Origin: Mytilus galloprovincialis
Lineage: Eukaryota
Direction of reading: 5' to 3'
Length of the DNA stretch: 64,000 bases
Assembly (NCBI RefSeq): GCF_965363235.1
Contig: NC_134847.1
Span: forward strand, 63,980,144 to 64,044,143
Positions 49,114 to 62,150 of the stretch are shown piece by piece. The stretch's first letter is position 1; the number at the start of each line of letters is the position of its first letter. Below the pieces are notes generated by a model. It had not been told where the DNA came from, ran no database searches, and saw nothing but the letters and a program-made list of their open reading frames with translations. The translations under genes were made by a program, and so were the position numbers.

Positions 49114-49996
49114 CTGAAAGTAATAAATAAGCAAATAAAATAATTTGACAGATTAAAATACAGAACAGCTAATATTTTGATACCCCTTACAGCAATTGTT
49201 TTTTGGTCTTATTGATACATTTGCAGTTTCTAGACAATCAATTAAATCAACATAATGCAATACTTGGGAACATTAAAACAATGTTATGAAAGTTTAAATT
49301 GATTTTTTGGCCTTTGAAAGTCTGAGATGTGCCACTTGATATTCTGCAAATTGTGAATTATTAGCCTATAATAAATTTATACTAAGTGGAATCATTTAAA
49401 TTTATGGTTTTCCTAAACCTGTTGGTATCCAAATTAACAATGAATCCACAGACACATGTTTTCGTACAATATTCAAAGTGTATGCCCTTACTGATAAAAT
49501 ATTTCAAGTGTTTCATCTGCTGATATATAAACCATGCCATCTAATAACATTATATCAGTACCTACTGTGCGAGGGCTGAATAACCAGTCAAGGTCATTAA
49601 AAACTCCCATCATTATCAACATTATTTCAGTATATTTCATACGGTTATATGATGTACAGTGCTGTGCAATGTAACTCTATGACATATACATCATGCCATC
49701 TTCTCTATGACATATACATCATGTCGTCTTATAACATTATAGCAGTACATTCCTAAGTCTATGTCATGAACAGTGTAGCACATTGTTTCTCTCTGATATA
49801 TAAATCATGCCTTCTTATAAAATTATATCAGTATATTTCATACAGCTTTATCATGAACAGTGTAGTTCAGTGTTTTTCTCAGATATATAAACCATGCCTT
49901 TTTATAACATTATAGCAGTATATTTCTACGGCTATGTCATGAACAGTGTAGCGCATTGTTACTCTATGACATACAGGTAATGTAATCATCACTCAC

Positions 49997-50125
49997 CTCC
50001 TTTCTCTTAGGAATGGCTCCAATCTCATGCTGCCTAAGATCTACAAAGGTCCGTAACTCTACATGTGTTTGTTCTATTTGTTCATACAAATCATGGATCT
50101 GCTTGATTAAACTTTGGGACCGTGA
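49997..50125 (-). CDS. CDC5L: CDC5L exon m: SRSQSLIKQIHDLYEQIEQTHVELRTFVDLRQHEIGAIPKRKE
   Basis: Acceptor caatttcag, donor gtgagt; ~ human [43 protein letters not shown]. Confidence 0.9.
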
Positions 50126-50416
50126 CTGAAATTGTACAATAAAGGATTTACTTCTCATAATTTTTTCAAATATTCATCTGTTACAAGTTCTTTATCAATT
50201 ATCTATATAAATAACTTCATAGTTTTAGAGCAAGATACAGTAACAGATTTTGGTACTCCAAAATTTAAATTCTAAGATACCTAAGACTTAAAATCAAATA
50301 CTTTAGAATGAAAAGTGTCTTTAAAAATGATTTTTATATTCAAATTATATAATTATTTTAATAGTTCAGATTGCATTTGTCTGACAAATTAATTAATTTA
50401 ATTTATATCTAACTTA

Positions 50417-50626
<210 letters not shown>

Positions 50627-51219
50627 TCATCATGGGTCCCTTTAAACAAATATAATTGAAGGGAAATATGAAATATTATTTACATATATGTCCTTTAAGG
50701 CAAACAGTCGATTTGCTTATTCTGTAATTCAACATGTAATGAGATATAATTTGATGGTTGTTTCTTTTAACTTATAATGCTTTGTATGTGCAGAAGCTTA
50801 TTTTGTCCAGAATACATTCTGTAATTTATCTGTTTATTTATTTTTCAACAGGTATTTACTTTAGTTGTGCAGTTAATATATTTCTAGACTTTCAGCTCTT
50901 AGATAATCTTTTCTTTCTTAGCATTTATGATGAAATGTTTTTGTTTACTTTTGGTATCAATGTATAAAGTTTCACCTTGAAAAAAAACCTGAAGGACGTT
51001 TGTATTCAGATGAAAAATTTATTGAAAAACATTATGTTTTGATTAGTTTGCTCAAATGATTTCTTCACAAATTAACAGGCTGTTTAAACTAAATTGAAAC
51101 AAAGAAGACACCTCAATCTATCAAATGAAATATGTAACTCAACCTACAGCAGATTTTCAGTGGCCCAAACTAATGACAACTTAAATAATTTCCACTTGTT
51201 TCTTGGAGTGTAAAAGTTA

Positions 51220-51666
<447 letters not shown>

Positions 51667-52127
51667 TTAAGCAGAGAGAATGTTAATTCTTTCTTGGATT
51701 TATATTTGTGTGTTTACAGCAATTATTAATGACCTTTGACCTATTATGTTGCTCATTCATTGCAATGAAACCTTTATATAGGCTGTTATTAGTTATGAAT
51801 GATTGTGATATGTACATTATCTATAATAACTCTCTATTAAGTAGAGGTAAATGGCTAACAGGATGTTTATAGGTGGATATCAAGCTTCAAGTAACCCTTT
51901 GCAATACCAATACTGTTGAGACTCAAATGCAATAATTTGCTGTTTCAGAATCTAACGCATCCGGGGTAATATTTTCATAAGTGTACACCAAAACGTCATA
52001 AACAATGGAAATTCAACCAATGACGTGACGTTATTTTCCTATTAGTGTACGAACAATGAGATTGATTACCCATAGTCCTTAAGTTTCAGAAAAGGCGTAT
52101 TGATGTGCAACACTATGTTAACCATAC

Positions 52128-52322
52128 CTCTTCTAAATCAGCTTCATTGACCTTTTCATATGGATGTTCCTCTAAAAATGATGCATGCTGGGCCTGATTT
52201 AGAACCCCTTTTTGTGTTTGTTTTTTACTTCCTGGTGCGACACCCAGTTGATTAGAACCTGGTGTATATAATGCATCATGATGAAGCATAGTTAACATTT
52301 CTTTTTTGATTAATTCCTCAGC
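52128..52322 (-). CDS. CDC5L: CDC5L exon j: [65 protein letters not shown]
   Basis: Acceptor tatttgtag, donor gtatgg; ~ human [31 protein letters not shown]...YLEHNPYEKFSKEELKK. Confidence 0.85.
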
Positions 52323-52716
52323 CTACAAATAGAGAACAAAGAAATAATTAAATTCTATTTACTTTATTTATTTATACATTGTGTATCACTTTTCATTAAT
52401 TGTAAGGATGTTCATCAGATCACAGATTTCTATTAGACTTGTCTGCAGACTTGAACCAAACAATGAAATCATGTACATGTATCCAGGAAAATTAATGAAT
52501 CCACAGTATTATATTTATGCTATACTAAATAGATAATGCTTTTCCGGTCTAGCAAACAGAGTTTAAACATGAAAACCTGTTGAATTACACCTAAGTGTAG
52601 TACAAAAGAACAAATACTAAATTAGACATAGACGACAGAGGGTTGAGCCATGCTGTACAATTGGTAACTTTTTGGTTGGTAGAATTGTTAAGTATTAAAA
52701 TGTCTATTGATTTTAC

Positions 52717-52841
52717 CTTCTGTAGATCTGTAAGAGCAGGATCACCAGGACCAGCCACTCTCAGTATATTACTGTTGACATCTGTTGGACGGGGCATGTC
52801 TCTCTGTACTGACTGAGATCTCATTCTTAATTCTTTTTGTC
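52717..52841 (-). CDS. CDC5L: CDC5L exon i: RQKELRMRSQSVQRDMPRPTDVNSNILRVAGPGDPALTDLQK
   Basis: Acceptor attttatag, donor gtaaaa; ~ human [40 protein letters not shown]. Confidence 0.85.
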
Positions 52842-53213
52842 CTATAAAATAACCACTGGTTATTTCACCTTTCTATTAAATTATATAAAATAAAATGCTT
52901 TGCTGAGTGCAGCCTGAAACCACCATACTCTTCCTAATTTGATGTAAATCAATGAATGTTTTGAAAACTTTACTGCAAGTTTAGAAATTTGTGTTTGTAT
53001 TTGTTCAGTTTGTTAAACAATGGACAGAAATTCCAAATTAGTAATTGTCATTTCAGTATATATAGTATACTAATAACTCTACAAAGATTTAAAAAAAGTG
53101 TCACCAATAGGTTGCAATTGTTTGCTATAATAAAAAGATCATAAAAAATTTCTGAATTAACAATAAGTTTATCAAAGTCTTGAATGATGGCATTTAGCTG
53201 TATGTATATCTTA

Positions 53214-53394
53214 CTGATAGCTCTCCTCTCCTCCTCTGATGCAGCATCAATGTCTGCCTGATCCTCAATGTAATCGTCTGTCTGCATTGGTTCATGTATA
53301 TCCTGCTCCATGTCTTCGGGAACCACTATTTCATAATCATTTTTAGGACGAGGTAGACTGGCCAAACCATGTTTTAACTGGTCTTTGAGGTCTC
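53214..53394 (-). CDS. CDC5L: CDC5L exon h: RDLKDQLKHGLASLPRPKNDYEIVVPEDMEQDIHEPMQTDDYIEDQADIDAASEEERRAI
   Basis: Acceptor ttttag, donor gtaaga; ~ human [53 protein letters not shown]. Confidence 0.8.
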
Positions 53395-53605
53395 TCTAAA
53401 AACAATAAATATCATATTTATGATTTATGTCAAATTTTCACTTGGTTTACAAATTTTTCATGTTTTTAACATATAAAATTATTTTCTATTTTAGTCATTT
53501 TTTTTACTAGTGGACATCTATTTCATATTCATAATGCTCCAAACTTAAAAACATCTGCATCAAATTTTTATGTAGTATTCTTAAGTAACTGCTTATTTAT
53601 ACATA

Positions 53606-53739
53606 CCTGGTAAAATTTGTCATTAACATTCATGTCATAATCCTCATCAGGGTTAATATTTAGTTTGTCTCTCACAGGTGTCCTCAATGGTGTCTGTCCT
53701 GCCACGCCCATTCTAGGGGTCATACCATGTGGTGTTAAT
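53606..53739 (-). CDS. CDC5L: CDC5L exon g: [45 protein letters not shown]
   Basis: Acceptor aattacag, donor gtatgt; ~ human [45 protein letters not shown]. Confidence 0.85.
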
Positions 53740-54503
53740 GCTGTAATTATTCAAACAAATAATCCCTATTAGAGGGTCCTGATTCAAATTGTTTAGAATA
53801 AAATTGACATAAGCATCATATAATATGGTATCACTAACAACCTATATTTTTTTCTTGGAGATTTTAATGAATTATATTATGAAAGGTAACATAATTTTGT
53901 ATTCTTAACTGAAACAATAAACAAGATACTAGATAACAGGACAATTCTATGTGATCTTCAAACAATGTTGAAAAATATCCAATTTCTGCTTTTCCACTGG
54001 AAATTACTATTATCAGAATGACATGAAAAGTGCAGTGCAGTACTATCTTAGGATAGAGAAGCTTTAACTGGGAGATATGGTATCAAACATGCAAACATTC
54101 AATATTGCCTAACTCACTTTCTTTCTATAGAATTAAGATTGTGTGACCTACTAGGGATTCATTATTATTCATAATTACCAATTTTAGCATATTAAGCAGA
54201 TACAGATGAACCACACATTTAAATGTTAAACTAAGTACAATTTTTCTATTGGCTTATTTGCAGACCATTGTAAAACCACAAAATATCAATGGAAATCTCT
54301 TTTCCTTTATCTATACAAATTTGTACCCACAAAATAAATGAATCACAGTATAAGAACTTCAGTTGTTCAATATATTAAGTAAGGTTCTTTCCAAATTATG
54401 AGCAGCCCAAATGTTTCCTAATTAATTTAATTCTAGTTGGAGGTCTTCAAAAAATCAGCTTTGGTAGCAAAGCTAGGAAAGTGACATTAATCATTGGAGT
54501 CTA

Positions 54504-54701
<198 letters not shown>

Positions 54702-55789
54702 TTAGTTCTATGTATATATAAATAGTAAAAAACAAGGGATAATTTTAGTTCCAGTAAAAAACATAGCTTTCAAAACAACTATTTAAATTTAGAAGTGGAA
54801 AAATAAAATGATATAATTAAAATCTGTCTCTAGCTGAATTTCTTCACATTGGTTCATTTACTTTGTGTTTACCCTTCCGTTAATCAGAATGAGGTCCAAA
54901 TAAAATGATTTTAATGAAATAGAGACCGTATCGTTTATTTTCATACATTGAAAGCAATGTTTATTCAAGAATAAAAAAAAAATCAAAATGATAAAAGATT
55001 TTTAACCCTTACCATGCTGACTTGTTTTCTACAGATGTAGTCTGTATGCTGAATTGTTTTGTTTAAATTTAAAAAAAAATGCCATCATTATTAATTTGTC
55101 CTAAACTAAATGATAAACGCCCCGATTGGTCCAAAACTTGATATCCATATAGTTGAAGAACTATACTTTAATTTGTCTAAATGGTTGCTATGGTAACAAA
55201 CATTTTTGCCTTTTTATTAGTATTTTTTGCATTAAAATGTATTTTACTGGCTAGTCTAGCCATATAATCATTTCTTATCCATCTAAATAAAATTTTAAAA
55301 TGTAGTAAACTGAAAATTACTGAAAATAAAAATACTTATATCACAAAAATGTGAAATTTTAATGTAAATAATATATGACTCACCTGTTTTAAGATGCTCT
55401 TATTGTTACAAGAAATTTATAAGATAACAAATTTTTGCTTTACTACAAACAGTCTCAACACTATAATAAACATGTAATAGATCATAAGAACTAATTCAGT
55501 TTAAGTATTCAAACAAATAAAAAGTGGTTGCTATGGTAACATCTTCGTTTCCTTAGTTTCAATTGCAGGGGAATATGCATTATTAGGACAAAAGTGCAAC
55601 ATAAATTTGACATTTGTAACCTAGAAAGCAGGATATTTTATTTTTGACACATTTGACAACTTAGTTTGTAATTCTTATTACCTCTGTTTCTGTCCAGGTT
55701 TGAATAATTTCAATTTATAACTAGTTTTGTGTTAGGCTATATGATTATATGATGTTTTGATAAGTTTAAGCAATTTTAAATTTTAATGT

Positions 55790-55985
55790 ATTGTTTTCTC
55801 GTTTCAATTGTTTTACATTGTCATTTCGTGGCCTTTTATAGCTGACTATGTGGTATGGGCTTTGCTCATTGTTGAAGACCGTATGGTTACCTATAGTTGT
55901 TAATTTCTGTGTCATTTTGGTCTCTTGTGGAGAGTTGTCTCATTGGCAATCATACCACATCTTCTTTTTTATACACAAGTTTTAT
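55790..55985 (+). mobile_element. SINE/MITE-like repeat (…gtctcattggcaatcataccacatcttc family) nested inside the 3' non-coding part of the piggyBac element
   Basis: …ggccttttatagctgactatgtggtatgggctttgctcattgttgaagaccgtatggttacctatag…gagagttgtctcattggcaatcataccacatcttc. Confidence 0.65.
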
Positions 55986-56390
55986 CTGTAGATGTACAAA
56001 CTTAAACGTCTTAAACATATTTTTTCTGATAAAGGAATGGGATTTTTTGTTATGTTCCAATCAAATTCAGGTAATAAAAATACTCTTCCTTTATACAAAC
56101 AACTATACTGACAACAAATTGTATATACCATGCCGCTGAATTTTAAGCAGACAAAACCCTACCAAATCATTGACTTTTGTAAGATCATTTGAATGTACAC
56201 AACTGAAAAGATTGGTTGCCTCGTAATTAACATTTACTCCACATCTCCTTGTTTGTCTACTGACTAGTACTGTTCTTAATTAAAAATTATGAAAAGGTCA
56301 TTTGATACTGTAATTGAAAACAATAATCCATAACTACAATTTTATAATAACTAAATTGATATTGATAACATATAAACATGCACAAAGAAA

Positions 56391-58232
56391 CTATTCCTCA
56401 TCAACTGGTTGGACAGAAGAATTCTTCCATCTCTTGTAAGCAACAACATATTCCTTTTGTGTATGCCATATCTTAAAGCATGGTTCAATGCACAAAGAAA
56501 CATTACATTCTCTACATTCGTAACAAGTCTCATGACCTGGCCGTTTGCGTTTTTGTAGGTTGTTCATATTTACATTGTTCTTTTCAGCCTCATTGCAGAC
56601 TTTGCATAAACGTGCAATGTTTTTTTTTTTGCCCACCCCTACAATTCTAGAAATGAAATGTCTTTCACTTAGGCGTTCTAATTTCGCATTTGAAGGCCTT
56701 CCTACTTTATCACTTTCTATTGGGTTATTAGATACAAGTTCAGTTATTAATTGTCTTCTGAACGCTTTATGTGTTATATTAGGGTGGTCAGCTTTATACA
56801 AAGTGTATGCATCTAGAACAGCAATAGCAAGAACATGGAAAATTACCTTTTTCCACCACTTAAATGATTTAACAACACTATTAATGTAAGTAATCATTTG
56901 ATCAGACCGATCAACACCACCCATATATTTATTATAGTAGTTCACAACACTAGGTTTTCTTATATAATCATTTGTCTCACGGTCACGACGGCGTGTGTTG
57001 ACCAAATTGGTTTTATGTATAGTCGAAAGCATAAAAACAGCCTTTCCATCAAGAAATTTGACACAATTTAAAGGACCATTACTCATTACAGAAAGATCTC
57101 CTTTATTTGTAAGTTTTTTGTCTTTCAAAAATTGTGGAATACCACGACGGTTAGACCTTACAGTGCCTGTCGCTCCTACACCTAGACCATAGAGATCCCA
57201 AAATAGTTGGGGTGATGTGTAGTAATTGTCACAATACAGATTATAACCTTTTTCATACATGCCTCGTAACATATCCATGACTAAGTCATACGTCGCGCCA
57301 TTTGAGCTTGGACCGATACCCGACTTTCCTGTATACAATTTAAATTTTGAAACATAACCGTTACTGGAGTCACTGATCATGTAGGCTTTGATTCCATATT
57401 TAACTGGCTTGTCAGGACTGTAAACTCGAAATGATAGATTACCCCTCCAAGGAATCATTCCTTCATCTAATGAAATTGATTGACCAGGTGTGTAAACTGA
57501 GTGAAATCTGTTTACAATACGACCATAGAAAGTTCCAAGTTTAAAAAGTGGGTTGTAGTTTGGTTGACCTCTAGCAACATACTCATCATTGTTGGCAAGA
57601 TGGAAGAAAGATGACATTAGGAGAAATCTGTCTCTTGGCATAGTTGACGGAAAGAATGGTGTTGAAGTGACAGGGTTTTTACTCCAGTAATCAGTCACGT
57701 CTGACTGTGACAGAATACCCATTGCAAAAACTACAGCAATGAAACGCTTCATTTCTGTGGCAGTAGTGTTTGTCCACTTTCTAAACCTTGAAAATCTGCT
57801 CAAGTTATTGTTTTTATCAAGATATTGCTTTGCGTATCTGTTTGTTTCCTCAGAAATGTTCTCAAAATCATTTTCATTGACATATAAATAGAAATAATCA
57901 GAAACGGACGCATTGTCTGGGAGGTCACACTTAATTCCTGGGGTTTGCGTAAAAGGTAGAAGTTCTGGATTTTTTTCACCCATAACCCAGTTATCAATAT
58001 CAAACAAATCATCTCTTTCAGAAACATTGTCAATATTTAGGTCATCCTCAGCAAAGTCATTTTCAGTAAATCCTTCAAATTCTTCATTTTCACTATCAGT
58101 GTCAGCAAATAGTTCACATATATTTTCAGCAATAGATGTGCTGGCTTCTGCCATTATCAGAAAGTAAACACAGAAACGCCCCCTTTTTATTTTATTTTGC
58201 GAAAAAGAAAAGATAGAAAAAAATAGCTGCAT
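56391..58232 (-). CDS. piggyBac-family (DDE_Tnp_1_7) transposase, 613 aa in the longest ORF; the likely true start is the internal Met at 58154 (MAEASTSIAEN...), giving 587 aa
   Basis: Catalytic DDD context is present (…ISLDEGMIPWRG…, …YCDNYYTSPQLFWDLYGLGVGATGTVRSNRRGIP…, …YMGGVDRSDQMI…). The C-terminal Cys-rich domain is CKVCNEAEKN…CYECRECNVSLCIEPCFKIWHT. There are no frameshifts or stops. Confidence 0.95.
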   Translation of the reverse strand: MQLFFSIFSFSQNKIKRGRFCVYFLIMAEASTSIAENICELFADTDSENEEFEGFTENDFAEDDLNIDNVSERDDLFDIDNWVMGEKNPELLPFTQTPGIKCDLPDNASVSDYFYLYVNENDFENISEETNRYAKQYLDKNNNLSRFSRFRKWTNTTATEMKRFIAVVFAMGILSQSDVTDYWSKNPVTSTPFFPSTMPRDRFLLMSSFFHLANNDEYVARGQPNYNPLFKLGTFYGRIVNRFHSVYTPGQSISLDEGMIPWRGNLSFRVYSPDKPVKYGIKAYMISDSSNGYVSKFKLYTGKSGIGPSSNGATYDLVMDMLRGMYEKGYNLYCDNYYTSPQLFWDLYGLGVGATGTVRSNRRGIPQFLKDKKLTNKGDLSVMSNGPLNCVKFLDGKAVFMLSTIHKTNLVNTRRRDRETNDYIRKPSVVNYYNKYMGGVDRSDQMITYINSVVKSFKWWKKVIFHVLAIAVLDAYTLYKADHPNITHKAFRRQLITELVSNNPIESDKVGRPSNAKLERLSERHFISRIVGVGKKKNIARLCKVCNEAEKNNVNMNNLQKRKRPGHETCYECRECNVSLCIEPCFKIWHTQKEYVVAYKRWKNSSVQPVDEE

Positions 58233-59304
58233 ATTTTGGATAACTCATTGGAAAAACAACAAAACTCATTCATATTTATCAATTTATTTTTCTTGAATAT
58301 ACCTGAAAAGCCCATAAATATGGGAAAATATCAGACGATAAATAGATTTGACAACGGATTCACATTTTGTTTCTTTGATTCACGTTTCTTTTATTTCGGA
58401 AAAGAATTCCAAGTTTTCAAAGATTTTCGAGGAATATAGGTATTAACAGCACCTAGAAAGATGGATTTGTGTTCAGGCATTATTAATTTTATGGGAAATG
58501 TGTATCCTCAAGCATGGACACTGATAGAGTTACTGAAAAAAACTATAAATTGTTGGTAACAAACTGTGCGGCAACTTTCATTTTCTCTTTCGGAACGTCT
58601 CTCAAGCGAGTAAACTTCCGGTTGATATTTCCATACAATTTATGTATTTTTACCACCAAACTTCTAAATTTGCAAAATATCAATCAAATAACAACGATAA
58701 ATTAATATTCACCTTTAAGACAATATTTTATTCTTACGGTTTTAGACGAAATCTATTTATATAATACAGGAAAGGGCGGGGCATGTGCGCGGGAATTTCA
58801 TATTTCACGTAAACTGTTTTATTTCATATTTTTACTTAAATAATTCCATTTTTTTCACAAAAGAACTTTTACACGTGTCAAAATATTCTTCTATTTACCC
58901 AGACATATAGTTTTGATAATCAAATGAACAAGAATTGAGCGAGGACGAAAAGGATTTCCCTAGATGTATTTTTAGATTTTTTACGTCATGCCAAAAACAA
59001 ATTATTTTCCTGAAAGTAAAATTAAAGTGTATATTTGTTTATTATAAAGACTTAAAATGGTTCAAATTGAATAATGGATATAGATCTGATGGCTCATTCA
59101 AATTTAAACTCGGAGTTTTGTGATTATGCGAGGATTTGAAGGTTTTTTGAAAGGTCAGAAAATTGCCAGTGTAACCCGTCAAAAGACGGGTTCCGCACTG
59201 AGAACGACGACGTCAAACCCGTCAAAAGACGGGATCCGCATGGTAAGGGTTAATGCAAAGTTGCAAAAGAAAAATTCATATGACAGTGTGAGAGAAAAAT
59301 ACTA

Positions 59305-59478
<174 letters not shown>

Positions 59479-60193
59479 CTAAAACAGAATTATGCAATAA
59501 CATATACAGTACAGATTTAGTATTTACAAAATGTATAAATTAACTCTTTTGGAATTTTAAGAAGTTGGTATCTTTCACTTCAGAAAGAGGCTCATACTTT
59601 ACAACTCATCACTGTCATGATGCTGACCAAACATGGAGTCATTCTGTTTAAGAGTAGTAGAAAAGTGTGATGATAATATTTGTTAAACGAATAAATTTAC
59701 AAATATAAATTGCTTTAATTTGGCTGCATCTAATATTTGAAATACAGAAAATTACTTTCACAAACTTAACAGATCTACATTTTGATGATATATTGGTGCA
59801 AAAGTATGACAAATAAAATAAAGAACTTATTTCTTGTCATGAAATTACTTTTAACAATTCAACAAGATACAAAGCAATATGTCAACATTATAATAAAATT
59901 TAAAATAGATGAAGAATGTGTCCCCCCCATTTTTCATATAACTTTATAAAGAGACATTATTTCAGAAAGGTAAAAATCCAAATTCAAACTTGTTTTTTCA
60001 GCATTGTATATCATTGAGGAAAGCTGAAATAAGAGAACAGAAACTATAAACTCAAGTTCAAATCAGCCTAATCACTTTAAAGGAGGTTGAAAAATGTAAA
60101 AGATAACAAATGCAAATTGTAAAGATATGTCAGATGTGTTTGTACTAGTTCACATGGACAAATCTGCCCAAGAGAGCTAGACATACAACTGAC

Positions 60194-60269
60194 CTCTTCT
60201 AATTCTAAATCAGAGATCTGTGGAGCTGGCAATACAAGTTTACTTCTCTTTTTCACTGGTTCTTGGAAA
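60194..60269 (-). CDS. CDC5L: CDC5L exon d: [26 protein letters not shown]
   Basis: Acceptor tatttttcag, donor gtcagt; ~ human [24 protein letters not shown]. Confidence 0.8.
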
Positions 60270-61469
60270 CTGAAAAATAAATTAATATGATATAAAGTGA
60301 ATTTTTACATATGCTGTGTCTATTCAAATCAGGGCTTCCAAAAAATATTTGAGCCAGCCGGACATTTCATATCTGATCCAGATTTTAATCCCTTAAGACT
60401 TAGTCACAAAAGGCAATTATGGTAATCAGATGGCCATTCCAATGATTGACATTACATTAAAAAAAAAAACGATTTTAAACTTTACTTTGATATGATATGA
60501 ATTTGATGTACGGATGTAACTGTTAAATTGGCAGTGCATCATTCAAAGTGTGCACATCAGCGTGCTCATATCTGCCTTAGACTTTTTATTTGTGCAAAAT
60601 GACATTGTCAAAAACTTTACTTTCGTTTCAAATTGTTCTAACCGGAGAGGTCAACCGGATGTTGACTTGACAATGGTAAAACATGGACCATAAACGGATA
60701 TGTAAAATCAGTGTACGTTAACAAAGCACGACTGAGTGAAGAAGCTCTTTCCACGTTATTTCTTCAACAAAATACTTGAAATGAACGTTAGATACATGTA
60801 TCAATGATAATTTTAGCATTTTTGAAGAAATGTAGGATGCATAATTAAATTTCCCACCTGTGCACATGCGCACACGTGTTCTAGTTCATACGACGTAGTT
60901 CTGAGGATTTTTCATTTAAATCCTTTTTAAATTTTTCATCAAATCATGTTGATAACTAATTTCTAATAATTTTAATCTTTTGGACTAAATCAATTAGAAA
61001 CAAACCGCTGAAAAGTAAGAACAAAAATTGTGAATAACCGATCAATTTATACAATGTCTGGTACTGAACATAGTTCACCTGTCACCTGAACAGGTAGATT
61101 TCAGCTGTCCAACTACTAATTTGCCTTGATTAAAATTATAAAGTATTGAAGTAGGTGTTGTTTTAATAGTAATTAATCATCATGTCACATTTATGACTGG
61201 AAATGTGATGATGTTAAAGGCAAAAGGTTGGGTCAAAAAGATCGTGAATTATGTAAAAATGACCGAAAAAGCCTTGAAAACTAAAAAGTATATGACCGTT
61301 TCATACTTTGACCAGCCGGACTTTTACCAGACATTATACAAATGACCGGAATATATGACCGTTTTGGAAGCCCTGATTCAAATCTGTTTTTCTTCTTATT
61401 TTTTATAACAACAGGGACTTTGGTGGCCAGATGGTATAAGAAGTCAAACTTCTGTATCGCTAGCCTGCA

Positions 61470-62150
61470 AACTAGAGGCTCTAAAGAGCCTGTGTCGCTG
61501 ACCTTGATCTATGTGCATATTAAACAAGGACATAAATGGATTCATGACAAAATTGTATTTTGGTGATGGTGATGTGTTTGAAGTTCTTACTTTACTGAAC
61601 GTTCTTGCTTCTTACAATTATATCTATAATGAACTTTGCCCATTAGTAACAGAGAAAATTACTTGGTAAAAATTTACATAAATTTACCAAATTAATGAAA
61701 ATTGTTAAAAATTGACTATAAAGGGCAATAACTCCTTAAGGGGTCAATTGACCATTTTGGTCATGTTAACTTATTTGTAGATCTTACTTTGCTGAACATT
61801 ATTGCTGTTTACAGTTTATCTCTATCTATATTAGTATTCAAGATAATAACCAAAAACGGCAAAATTTCTTTAAAAATTACCAATTGGGGGCAGCAACCCA
61901 ACAACCAGTTGTCCAATTCATCTAAAAATTTCAGGGCAGATAGATATTGACTTGATTAACAATTTAGCTCCTTGTCAGATTTGCTCTAAATGCTTTGGTT
62001 TCAGAGTTATAAGCCAAAATCTACATTTTACCCCTGTTCTATTTTTAGCCATGGCGGCCATCTTGGTTGGATGGCCAGGTCATCGGACACATTTTCAAAC
62101 TAGATACCCCAAAGATGACGTTGGCCAAGATTGGATTAATATTTAAATCT
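61470..62150. mobile_element. Diverged single-unit relative of the 27640-29355 element (same gaggctctaaagagcctg..tcgctgacc head, one ~480-bp unit)
   Basis: 61700-62140 aligns with the 480-bp unit (…ggggtcaattgaccattttggtcat[ag]ttaac[ct]tatttgtagatcttactttgctga…tttgctctaaatgcttt…). Confidence 0.55.

Larger units (their letters stand above)
55006..59249 (-). mobile_element. piggyBac-like DNA transposon, apparently intact (4244 bp). It has perfect 12-bp TIRs CCCTTACCATGC / GCATGGTAAGGG and is flanked by TTAA at 55002-55005 and 59250-59253
   Basis: The left end reads tttTTAAcccttaccatgctgac and the right end gatccgcatggtaagggTTAAtgc. An uninterrupted transposase ORF lies inside, and subterminal hairpin repeats (acccgtcaaaagacggg x2) lie at the right end. 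Confidence 0.85.

Noticed and set aside
56545-58167. Plus-strand ORFs (114, 65, 84 aa) overlapping the transposase on the opposite strand
   Set aside because: Antisense shadow ORFs of a 613-aa minus-strand gene with a clear family identity.
55617-58465. CCTAGAAAG motifs as candidate piggyBac TIRs
   Set aside because: The two occurrences are in direct, not inverted, orientation and are not flanked by matching TTAA; the real termini are CCCTTACCATGC at 55006 and 59249.
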